A stretch of DNA of 64,000 nucleotides, taken from positions 248,001 through 312,000 of the forward strand of contig JAKMXF010000044.1 in NCBI GenBank assembly GCA_024704765.1, written 5' to 3'. Positions 43,267 through 55,500 of the stretch are shown here, one piece after another; the stretch's first letter is position 1; each line of letters begins with the position of its first letter. Under the pieces are notes generated by a model. That model searched no databases and was not told the origin of the DNA. It was given only the letters and a program-made list of their open reading frames with translations. This DNA comes from Oopsacas minuta. Lineage: Eukaryota; Animalia; Porifera. Position numbers and translations under genes: made by a program.

Positions 43267-46200
43267 CACAGTGTGGCAATATGGGGAAATAGTCATATTT
43301 AAAGAAACATATTCAATGCATTTTTCGAATTCTCCATAGTTCAATTAGTACGAAAATATCATTGCCAGGATTAGAAGCAGTTAGGAATCCTAACCACGCA
43401 CAACTTTGTTATGTGTTTCTAATAATGGAAATATATATTTTCAAACCGGAAATTCCTATGCTCTAGTGTATGTAATCATAATTGATGTAAATACTAAATA
43501 TAAGAGTAAAAATATCTTCTGAAAATAAATCTATATTATAAGAACAATTTAATCATTGATAGGTTAGTCTAGATATTCATTTGTACTTTTCCCGGTTGTC
43601 TAGTTTGGCCCTCCCAAAGTTATAATTTGGAATTTTTTCTCATTGATTGAAGTGTACATCTCTTGTTTGACAAAATTTGACAAAACGTCATTAATATATA
43701 CGTAATGTTACTATATTTAGTCAACTATTTAATCACTTTCCAGGCTTGCCAAAGCTGCCCAAAAATTTATCACGTCATTCATTGTCCGGACCGGACAAAA
43801 ATCCGAAAATATATTTTTCATACGTTTTAAATTTTTTCATTAAAATTCTACATTTCGCTGGGTATTAGTTATTCCAATGCTCTACAATCATATATCATAA
43901 TGTTTCTATGTTAATGTAGGCCTTTTGCGATCATGTCTGTACTAATCACGAACAATGAGGTATATAATTTGTATATTTCGAATGGAAGAAGTGTTAGTCT
44001 CTGTAAGGAAAGTTATTGAGAACAACCATTTATCCGATGAAGAAACTGCTACTCTCCATTTAAAATTTAAATCACTTCTAACATCCAGAGAGGCTAACCG
44101 CAGGAAGGATCTTAAAACATGGGATAACATGATTTTCCACTCTACTCATCTAACAATATCCAATCCAAGAAAGAGAATATCGCTTGTCCAGAATATTCTT
44201 TAGTCACTGATTCTGAAAATCGAAACTTTTCAGAACAGATTGTAACTGAATCCCGGAAGCATATTCTCGAATGTCACATGAAGACTTCCAGATCGAGATT
44301 TGGTGTTCTTTTAGAGCATGAGGACTTTATAGCAGAGAGAGAAAAGATTGAGCCTAAACAACTACTCGCTCTAGCTTTAGAATTAGTCTCAAAAAAATCT
44401 TATGACCGTGATATTTCTGATATATGCAGAGAAATAATTGATAAGGGATCTTTCAGCGGTGTATTAAACAAAGTACAAATCTCTAAATGTGCTTATATAT
44501 TGGACAGCTTAGAAATTAGGGTGAGTAATACACGAATCTGAAAAGAATTCTCAAAGGTGATGTCAAACTTCCTTCCTATAAGCTTGTCCCGCAATATCAT
44601 AGGGAAATTAGCCTAATAAATGAAATGGAAATAGTTAGTGACCCCGAAGCATTGTCAATTGGGACTTGGGTCTCTTATCATTCCATCCTTAGTCTGACCA
44701 TTCAACGCTCGCTTTCAACATTAGACCCAAATCCTGATTCACACTACCCACTCAAAATTAAGATATCTGATGGATTGGATGGCCCGGTTGTCATCAAACC
44801 TATAACCAATAAAGCAACAATTCTGTATTAAGCACAAAAACTTTCATTTTGTTCGGATTCAAAGTAATATCAATTACAGACACACTTGGAAATGACGTGT
44901 TCTATAACAGCTCACCCAACTCTCCGTTCCGCTTTAGGCCAGTAGCACTGATAGCTTTGAAAGAAGAATAGTCTAGTAAAGCTTATCATGAATACAATAG
45001 TCAATCCTCAAACAGACCATATCATACAGGATGGGTTATCTCTTATTGGAAGCCATGCACAGGTCGAGATAGTCCGTTCTTTTTTGATACCAAGATGGCA
45101 GGATTGCTGGATGGAGCTGGTGGGGCTTCTTGTCATCTGTGTACTGCAACGGATAACCAAATTAAAAGTTTAGAATGGGTCAATTCTGGTTTCCCTATTA
45201 ACAGATTAATTAGCGACGCTCGGCAACTTTTTGAAGAGGTTGATGAAGATTACTTGAACCTCCCATCAAATCAACGTGTTGGTATTACGCATCAACCAAC
45301 TTCTAACATCGATATTATAGCTGCGTCTCCTTTGCATGCTTACCTTTGTGTATTCAGGTGGTTCATGCTATCGATATACCATCTTGATGCAGGACACAAG
45401 GTATGTGTGCCATCAAACTCGAAAGTAAATTCTTCAATGAAACGGGTTCGAGATATACTCCAGGGAAGATGTAACTTCAGTGTCAATATCCCTTCAAGTC
45501 AGAGCGGCATTTCAACCACTGGTAACATTGCGCGAGACTGCTTTTTAAATAAGAGAGATTTTTTGACCTGGGCCACTTCTCCCATTAATCCTTCAGATAA
45601 AATATCATTAAGGAGGTCCAGACAAATCCATCTGTTTTGTTAAGACTCCTCAATAGTGGTGACTTGATTAACTGTGACAAAATGCAAGAATTATGCAAAG
45701 AAACGTACGAATTTATTCTAGTTGAGTACCCATGGGGAAGCATCACTCCATCTTTGCACAAGTTACTTGCCCATTCGTTTCAGTAAATAGGTGCTTACAA
45801 TAATGGTAAAGGATTACAGAATCTCTGTGTGAAATGTTTAGAATCCTGCAATAAATTTGTAAGGCGGTATCGAGAGAATCTGGCAAGAAAAACTTCTTTC
45901 ACAGATAATGTAAGAGATATTTTAGTCAGGTTGTAATGTTGTAGTAACCCCATCTTGGTACAGAACCGTTTGAAGCACACAAAGAAGAAAAGAGACGTTG
46001 CAAACAGCCTCCAAGAAATATTATATAATAGTATACTATCAGATGGTTTATAATAATAAGTATATCCAATAGTCATACATAATCAAGGGTCTTTAAATTG
46101 TACCTTATCAAAGCAGAATAGAGACCATGATATGCATGTATTATCAACTTTCATAATATCCTCACTAATGAACCACAAGTGTTAAAAAGTAGAAAATATC

Positions 46201-46357
46201 TGTAATTACGTGATAATTAGGTTTATAGTCGTACTACTAAAAAATCATTGGTATTTTTGAAATCTACAGTGTCGATTTAGTATATGTAAGTATAATTGTG
46301 GTGATAATACAGATTCATTTAGCTATTTCCCCATTATGGCCATTTTGCCACACTGTG
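43267..46357 (+). mobile_element. RAG1-like / Transib transposon copy B
   Basis: Starts CACAGTG at 43267 and ends CACTGTG at 46357; 5-bp flanks TATAT/TATTT; reverse complement of copy A. Confidence 0.9.
43955..46052 (+). pseudogene. RAG1-core/Transib transposase pseudogene
   Basis: Same motifs and lesions as 28912-31010, plus one extra 1-bp homopolymer frameshift at ~45080. Confidence 0.88.
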
Positions 46358-48730
46358 TATTTTTGTAACCATCTTTCGAAAGAATTTCTCTCAGATCAAT
46401 AAATTCATTCTACAAAAGATCAATGTCAATGCCGAAATCGCTGCATCATGTATCCGAACCCCCTCTTCGTATCAGGAAGCCCAAAGAACGTATCAAAATA
46501 ATGATGAGAATTCTGGGCCATATGAACTCATTTGATGCTGGCAAACTAACCCATATTTTGGCCAACATATTCACCACATTTTGAGAATTGAGTTTGTTGT
46601 CAACAGATTAAGATTTTAGAGAAATGAATGGGTCCTGTCACCAACTGCTAGAATACCCGTATGTGACAAAGCCAAACCACAGTCCACAATGGTTAGGCTG
46701 AACATTGTACGACTAAAATATAGTCAATTCTGTATTTTTAGTCACCAAAATTTGGCATCTGACACAACATTGGGCGCTGAATTCAAAAATGACAATTTCA
46801 AGGTTCAAAAACTCACTCCCCGCCCGGATTTTGGCATAAAGGACAATGTTCAGTCTATCGATTGTTGACTGTTATTTGGCTTTGTCACGTCCGGGTATTC
46901 TAGTAGTCCATGGTTCTACGAACTCATTTTATGAAATTAGTGGTTGAATCATAATATTTTAGAATGAGTTTGTTATCCCAATTGAATTAAAGCAAATGAG
47001 ATGGTTCTATTATCTTGTTATAACTCTTCCAACATATTCAACCCAGTAAACTCATTGACGAAATTGATTGGTGTTTGCCAAATCATAAATGAGTTGATAC
47101 AGCCATAGAAGGGATATTTGTCTTTGTGAAAAGAAAGCAAAAATTATATTGTGACCCATATCCACTATTCCGTTATGTAGTTCGTAACAATTATCGCCAA
47201 TATCACTTTCAGAATGCAATATTTTGAATTGTTGGATACACAGATAGATTGGATCAGCTAAGTCTCAATAAGCAATATATGGCCAAGTTAGCAGTGATTA
47301 TATACTTTTGATATCAAGAGTAAATAGTTTTATGGATAATTATAATATTGCATTCGAGAGCAATAAACAAAAAGAACTACAATTATTTAAGCACTCCAAG
47401 CATATCTCAATAAAAAATAATAGAAGCTAAATCTTTCTCATCATTTATTGATATCATGAATAAGCTAGCTGTGAATAGAAAATGTATAGCATCATACAGA
47501 TGCTCAAGTTGTCTTAGTAGTCCCTATCACAAGATGCATTTGCGAAAGATCATTCTGGCTTTAGAGACCATAAATAATTGTCATATATCAAGCTATCCAA
47601 AAACAGGCTAATCCATTTAAATGCTGGAACAAAAACTCCATAATACTGGACAAATTGTACAGCTTTCTCAAACTCCCTGGTCCCACAAATCTAAGTATAT
47701 TCGTGATTTGATCACACCCAGATCAATCAAGATGAATTCTTTGAGAGTCTTTCAACATGAGAGATTTACGCTGAAAGAATTTGACAATATTCGTACTTCT
47801 GTATCCCAGTCTAATCTCCAAAATACCTATTATGTTTAATATATAATCTATAGACTTTTGTCCTGGTCACCCATGCAAAATACGTACAACTTTCTCCTCC
47901 ATAAAGTATAGTGCACACTAGCACGTAGTATGGACATGAGAAGAGTATTTTATTTGGTCCTGCTTCCAGCTGATGCAAAGGGACCCGGCCACCCAAGGGG
48001 AAAGTCTATCCCATTGAGGGGCTTATTGTACCCTCAACCCCCAGCATGTATTGTTATATTCAATCACAACCCACCATTGTGGCTAATTCTGGATCCTTCC
48101 CTGACAATTTTTACAGTTTAATAATCTACAATTATGTAACTATATATATCTTACTAAGATAATATGTATTTTGTTCTTACATTACAAATTGATATTATTC
48201 AATCACAATGTTTCTTGGAAAGTAACTGAAGTTTCACAATTTGTTAATACTTCCTGCTAGACGCCTACTTTATACACGTTTGTAACACCTGAAAAACTTC
48301 TCTTTAATGCCCAATTTGCAAGAATGCGCAAAAAATGGTAATCCATGGCACCGCCTATGAAGCCACAAAGTATCTTTAATCAAAATACTTCTCCTGGGGG
48401 AAGGAGCTGTAACATATGTAAGTTAAAAATAGAATAGAACTCGAACACTTCAATATGAAACATCACAATATATTAGTAATAATTATAGTATGAAGAAAGG
48501 AATATATAATTATGTAAATGATAAATGATATGAAAATCGAATATTCAAATGTATGTGTAGATGTATAGTTCACGAGTGTTCATCAACAATAAATTATCTC
48601 AAGATTGAAATATCTGCCATACTAAGGGAAGAACTGAAAATATTCACCTATCAGCAATTACAAGATTATCTATCCGTATAGATAATTAATGAACATAAAA
48701 TGAGAATACCTCCAGCAATTGTAAAAAATA

Positions 48731-49091
48731 TTAGAATGCTTCAAATAATTCAATATACCTATCGCGAATATACTTCCTATGTTTATCCCTAATCGCACGT
48801 CGAGCTCTTTCTCGAGAAGAAAAAAATACAAAAGCTTCACCAGAACGGCGATAGCCCTCATCAAGAAAATATATATCCTTCTCAAATACGCCATAATCTT
48901 GTAGAAATATGGCAATTTCATGTTTACTAGTTTGAAATGGAAGTCCACGGAGTTTAACACGATATCGTGATTCTTCATATCTTGTTTTTAGGGATTGAAG
49001 ATGATGATTCGTGATTTTATTGCTTATATTTTCAAAACAGTCCGATTTGCATTGAATGCGAAAGTTTGAACTAACAAATACTTCAATGTAC
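48731..49091 (-). CDS. Terminal exon of an hnRNP F/H-GRSF1-ESRP family RNA-binding protein (end of one qRRM plus one full qRRM)
   Basis: Acceptor TTTTATTTTCAG|G. Translation (R)YIEVF...YRVKLRGLPFQTSKHEIAIFL...YRRSGEAFVFFSSRERARRAIRDKHRKYIRDRYIELF*, carrying the canonical RLRGLP, SGEAFV.F and RYIE.F qRRM motifs with no internal stop. Confidence 0.8.
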
Positions 49092-50499
49092 CTGAAAATA
49101 AAAATATACATATATATATAGGCCTCAGAATATAATGAGGTGCATATATCATAGTAGTGTCGATAGACACCTCACTATAAAACTGAATAGTCCAATGATG
49201 CAATACGAAAGTTAAAATAATTAGGCGCGTGATGGCCATAAATATGTGCTGGACGTCCGCTCGAACCCCTTTTTGGGAGTTATGTATACATTGGGACCTC
49301 AATAATGGCATAATCGACCGGTTAGGGAAAAAACCTTCTGAATGGAATGCCGCACAGCCGACCCCAAATCGAACACGTCCTTGGAAATAATGTCATTAAA
49401 GTAATTCATACAAATATAAAGACCAGACGCAAGAATAAATTCACCAATCGTGTAAGGTTGTCGCAAATAGTATTAGAAAAATGTAATGGGGGAATGGTCG
49501 TGAGTAAGGTTTTCAGGGAGATATTTGGTCGAACAAACATTGAAGAAGATTCTACCCTTGAAAATAGGTAAATCTCTACTCGGACTATGCAATCAAATTC
49601 TTAGAATGAACTCGAACACTAAAAAGCTGGCATAAGCATAATGGAACCGTAAGTGCTTTTAAATGGGCTAAAATATGAACAAAGCAAATGGGACAACTAA
49701 CCCAATGGTAATTTCTCAACCTACTAAAGAATGAATGCCACAAGATGGCATGAAATCACATCAAAGCACTTATAGCTACTAATACACTACAAGTCCCAAC
49801 TCCAAACAAGAAATGAGTGCCTCAAAATTACCTAGAACAACACCCAAGCAAGAAATGGCATTACTTCATGGTGATAATTGCCCTAACTGAGTTAATAGTG
49901 ACTCAATTTACCTAGAACAAAAACTAGTATTCGCGGGGGCAAATCTTCCCAAGACTATGGTTACTAGACCATTTTACGTTAGGGATACAGCTCAAAGTGT
50001 CAGCAATCGATGGAATAAAAATATTGTATATCGAAAATGTGTAATTGTTGATAATGATTTTGATGGTGGTTCCCTCCATATTGAAAGGTGGTTTCAATCA
50101 ATATTGGTCCGCAATATACTTGGGACTAACATACATAGGACAACACTCGAAATCGAATATTCCAAGACAACATATGTATTTCTTATGGATTTTACACATT
50201 CCTTCATGCAAATAGGGTGTCACAAAACATTATGTGGGCTGTATAAGTAAATCGTTAAAAGCAATAGAACTGTTACTCGAAAGTGAAATGTGCACATCCT
50301 TTTAATATATAATTGATAATAAATATAGTTAGAATCACCTGAAATAGGTCTGCTCTGATTGCCTACAATTTATCAATACATGTGCAGGTAAATCTAAATT
50401 ACTTTCCGATGTTACTCCATATCATACTGTACTATAAGACTAACTATAAGTATGCTATATTACATCACCCACTCCTTCCAAACATAATGGATCACCTCT

Positions 50500-52500
50500 A
50501 TTCCTCAGCACTATAAGATATGATGCCCGTTACCACATTTTCATAGAACTGAGTTTGTTTGGGATGTCTTGAGGATCTACGTAACTGTGGGCAATTCTCA
50601 TTGTTGTCTGAAATTCCAATTCCTTCTTCCTTGTCATTAATGCAATCCAACTGATTCTCCTCACTCGGCGATAGAATTGTGTCATCACAATTTTCTTCTT
50701 GTTGTATTCCAACCTATCTAAAGAGTGATAACACTACTTCGAGTGTCTTTTGCATCGGTATAGATGTATCACTTTCTCTTGATTGATTAGCTAATGAGTC
50801 TTATACTAAATTATTAGGTCCTTTTCTCTCAATTACAGTCCAAAGACTTCTGCATAAAGGGGACAATGAATGTTTTCTATTCACATTATTGATAAGGATT
50901 TCATTAACTTGGCAAACAGGTGAAAGATAATTAGGTTATATCGAAAGACTCCCAATCAGGGTTTCATCCAGGTTCTCAGGGCCATACGCTTAAAAATGGA
51001 TTCAAATTCATTTCATACGCCTAGATTATGCATTTGCATTGTGATAAAAGAGTTTCTGCCCCAGGAGAGAGAGTTTCATGCGCCTAGAGATACATTAGCC
51101 CAGATATATGCGCCTCTAGGCGCGCCGCATACGCTTAGATAACACCCTGTTCCCAATGACAAAGGAAGAGTATCAATGTTAAATGAGATCTCTGCCCGAG
51201 GAATCTGATACTCACGAATTGGAATAAGAGGTAGCTTGTGATGTGACGATCGCTTATTCCTTAAATACATACTAAATATGATTTGCAATCAGTCTCGAAA
51301 GCCTTAATCAAGCTTCTTTAATAATATTTATCTTTGAGAAACTCATAGGTACGATAAGTTCTGTATGAGACTGGCCATGAGTAAGACCAAGAACTTGACT
51401 CATAAGATAACGGAAAATAACTACAGTTGTATACGAAACAATATTCCATCAATCCATACTCAATATAAACGTTTTTAATTAACATCTCTTTACACCACCC
51501 TGTTCTCTCAATTACCCAATCGTATTTGATATCACTACATCTTTATCCTGTTGAATTTTCAACCTCTGTGTAAATCCATCATCTACTGTAGCAATCTATA
51601 ACGCTCAAAGATTACATGACGTTCAAAGTGTTCCGTATCATTATTCACCTGCGTATCAAGTACTGCCGAAATGCCACTCAAATTCTTCCATACAGTTTTC
51701 ACTACCACGTTTATATTCTATAGTTTATTGCTTCTAGTTCCAGCAACCAGCTTGCACACTTGCCACGTTGATTTTTCTGTCCCCACATATAGACAAGTGG
51801 ATCGTGATCTGACAAAATGATCACTTCCACTGCATGCTAGGTTAAATATTTAGCCACTTAAGAACTGCTAATACAAGTTGTCGGGCTTACTAGTACAGTA
51901 CATTTCTGTGTGCCATTTAATGCAGAAGAAAATAATACAAATGGTATTAGTTTCCCGCATCATCCATTTAAGATACACACTGCCAACAGCTTCTCCTAAA
52001 GCATCTGCCTCTACAAAAAAAGTTCTTCTCACGCAGTATATGCCAAAATAACGGGATTCATCTCTAAAGCCATAAGAAGATTAGTGTAGCTTTCCTCACA
52101 CTCTGTGGTCCAATTCCACTTGACTCTCTTCTTAGTTAGATTTTATAACGAACATGCTATCTTAAACACTGTGGCAGAAACTCGCGATTAATTCACCAGT
52201 CCCAAGAATGATGTCAGTTTCCTTAAATCAGTAGGTCGAGGCTGATAGTAATCCTGATACAAATGATGAGACTGACAGATGTCTATTGGGTGTAATTAAA
52301 TATCCAACAAATTCAAGAGAACGACAGCTAAAGTTGTATTTGACTTCATCAGCTAGAAATTTGTCTGAGAATAGGACGACAGAACTTCCTCAAGATGAAA
52401 CAAATTGTTTTTGAAACCCATTGAGTAAGCTAGAGTGGCGTCATATGCACCAGTGTTTACTACGTATTTAAGAGTTGATCAACATGGCTTTGGTAACATG
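50500..52500 (-). pseudogene. Gypsy LTR-retrotransposon pol remnant (RT C-terminus, RNase H, integrase tail)
   Basis: Minus frames: LEFVGYLIT, PTDLRKLTSFLGLVN, KWNWTTECEES..NPVILAY, FFVEADA..AVGSV, WLLELEAINY; LRRSSR motif near 50570. Confidence 0.7.
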
Positions 52501-52599
52501 ATGGAGCATTACAAAGGCCAAACGGAATTACATATAACTCGAATTCCGCATTCTGAGTAATAACAGCAGTCTTCCCTCGATCATTCTCAGCAATTGGGA

Positions 52600-55500
52600 T
52601 AATCCAGTAAGCACTTGCCCGATCGAGAGTTTAAAAGTAACTTCCACCTTCCAGTTTATCCAGAATATCACGAAAGTCGGGGATGGTATATCTATCTTTT
52701 TGCACAATCATTCGATACACGATCCAATCCAAATCTTAAAGTCCCGTCTTTCTTAATAACAAGGATAACCCTGCTTACCATCTTAATTCATAGATTTCAG
52801 GATACGCTTACGGGTTTGTTAAGTATACATGTACCTCCTGTCTCTAAGATGATTCCTGATAGGCTAAACTCACTTTGATATGATCAAAGGATCAAAGTAG
52901 AAAAACGTAGATGCGAGAAAATTTACTACAAGTCGAAACTCTGTCTCCACAACCAGGTGCATAAGGAGTTATGCACTCAATATAGAAACGCTCTTGAGAA
53001 GAAAAAACAAGAACTTCTACATCGAAGGTGTTGGAAGCAGACCCAATGAGTTGCTAAGGTAACATATACACTATTCAATATGACATCAAAGCCTATTCTA
53101 TCAGCGTTATATACAACTAGAGAGCTGGCTACCAAATTTAGTATCTGTTTTGTTGGGAAGATCCCGAAGCTGAGAGATTCAATAGATGGATACCCGCCGC
53201 ATTTTCAGACAGTTGAGTTACTGTACTACAGTGTAATTCTACTCTTGAAATCTTCACTAATGTTACCTGTAGAACTTAGGATGGTACTGAAATCTCCGTC
53301 CAAATCCTGTGACCTGGACCCGATTCCTACGATTCTTCTGAAACAAATCCTAGAATCACTTCTGCCTGTTATAATGAAGATCGTGAATAAATTTCTCCAG
53401 ACAAGGATTTTCCCAGATCTATATAATATTTCTGACCCTACCCATTACCAAAAGACCTCTCACTAGATCTTGAAATACTTGATAACTATAGGCCTATTGC
53501 TAATCTTCATTGAATACACTGGGCAACATCAAATTTATTCCTCAAATGAAAATATATTACCTAGACTAACTTTGGGATGCTGATTCCAAATCTGAAATCA
53601 GAATTGGTCTATCACGTCAGGATTTCAAGATATGGAAATTCACGAAATTCGGATTTTGCATTGATTGGCACTATATTATAAGGTACTATACAGTACAAGT
53701 TAGGCCTATTGTACAATTTTCTTTCCCAGCGAATTGTTGGTCAACAATGCATATTATGTACGGTTAATATTAACATTATTTTGTAAATGTAATGTTCTAT
53801 CTTTTGACAATTAATGCATTCTTGAGTGTTCTTGGCCATGGCTATAAGGAGGGGTTATTTAGCCTACTTGCGGGTGGATTGTAGACAGTATCGATAAACC
53901 AACAACATTACTGTTTTGCAGAATTTTTAGTTTGTAACTGATTGTGTATTTAAGCTTTTTGTTTACAATGAATACGAGCAGAAGACAATGCACGAACCAC
54001 CCAGATAACTTCTGCTATATTTGTGGAAAATTTACGCTGAAGCCCCAGCGAAGAAATATTACCAATCGTGTCAAGATTGGCTACAAGTATTACTTTGGTT
54101 GCAAAGTTGGTGACCAAGACAAGAACTGGGCACCTCACATCTGCTGTACCGTCTGCTATGCCAGTCTAATCCAATGGCTTAATGGAAAGAAGAAATCCAT
54201 GCCATTTGCGGTACCTATGATTTGGCGAGAACCTAAAAACCATACGTCGGATTGTTATTTTTGCACAACAAATATTGCTGGATTTTCGCCTAAAAATAAG
54301 TCGAAAATCATCTATCCAACATGCAAGTCTGCTCTAAAGCCAGTAGAGCATGATGCTGGCAATGGAATTCCTGTACCAATCCCACCTTCATCGGATACTA
54401 TTGAAATGGATTCAACAGACGAAGTAGACGTGGCAGATGCAGATTCCACTTCTGATTTTTCGGATCATGATGAAAACGACAAAATGATTCCCATGGACCA
54501 GGCATTTTTGAATGACCTGGTGCGTGATTTATCTCACTCCAAAGAAAAAGCTGAGCTTCTAGGGTCTCGCCTAAAGGAATTAAATTTGTTGAAGCCAGGA
54601 ACCACAATTTCACATTTTCGTCGACGACATGCAAATGTTTCGGCTTACTTTAAATTCGAAGACTGTGTGTGTTTTTGCACTGATATTGATTCACTCATGT
54701 ATGAGCTTGGCCACGAACACATTAGCACTGAGTGGAGACTGTTCATTGATTCCAGCAAGGCTAGTTTGAAAGCTGTCCTACTACACAATGGGAATGAAAA
54801 GCCTTCTGTCCCTATTGCTCATGCTGTCGGCTTGAAGGAGACGTACGAGTCTATGGAAACCATCCTAGGGGTCATTGACTACTGGGCTCACAACTGGAAC
54901 ATATGTGGAGACCTTAAAGTTGTGTCACTTTTGCTCGGATGCAGTTGGGTTACACCAAGCATATGTGTTTTCTCTGTCTGTGGGACAGTAGAGACGAGGC
55001 AAACCACTATGACACAACCAAATGGCCAATGAGAACTGACTACATTGTTGGAAGATATAATGTTAAGTGCAAATCCCTTATTGATCCCAGCAAAGTGTAC
55101 TTGGCACCACTTCATATTAAACTCGGCCTGATCAAACAATTTGTGAAGGCAATGTATTTCAATGGAGATGGATTCCTACACATAAAAGAAAAGTTTGGTG
55201 CTATACTAAGTGACGCTAAACTGAGACCTGGGATATTTGTTGGCCCCCAAATACGTGATTTGATGCGTGACCCAGTATTTCCATCCAAGCTTAATTCAAT
55301 TGAATCGGAAGCCTGGAATGCAGTTGTACAGATTGTACAAAATTTTCTTGGAAACTATAGGGCAGAAAATTACTCGGAACTAGTAGACAATTTGCTGGAA
55401 TCATACCGCAAAATGGGCTGCAGAATGTCGCTTAAACTGCATTTTCTTCATTCACACTTGGACTTTTTCCCATCAAACCTGGGTGATGTGAGCGACGAAC

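Noticed and set aside
42454-43344. 296-aa ORF as one protein
   Set aside because: Its N-terminus reads through the RAG1-like TIR and the mariner TIR; the real transposase starts near MPNWKLEH.
43267-46357. RAG2-like gene or RSS nonamer in the RAG1-like element
   Set aside because: The non-RAG1 parts are ~690 and ~300 bp of AT-rich DNA without a kelch-like ORF. No ACAAAAACC lies at 12 or 23 bp from the heptamers.
51080-51122. 10-bp GC-rich hairpin as a Helitron 3' end
   Set aside because: No correctly placed CTAG terminus and no Helitron coding remnants.
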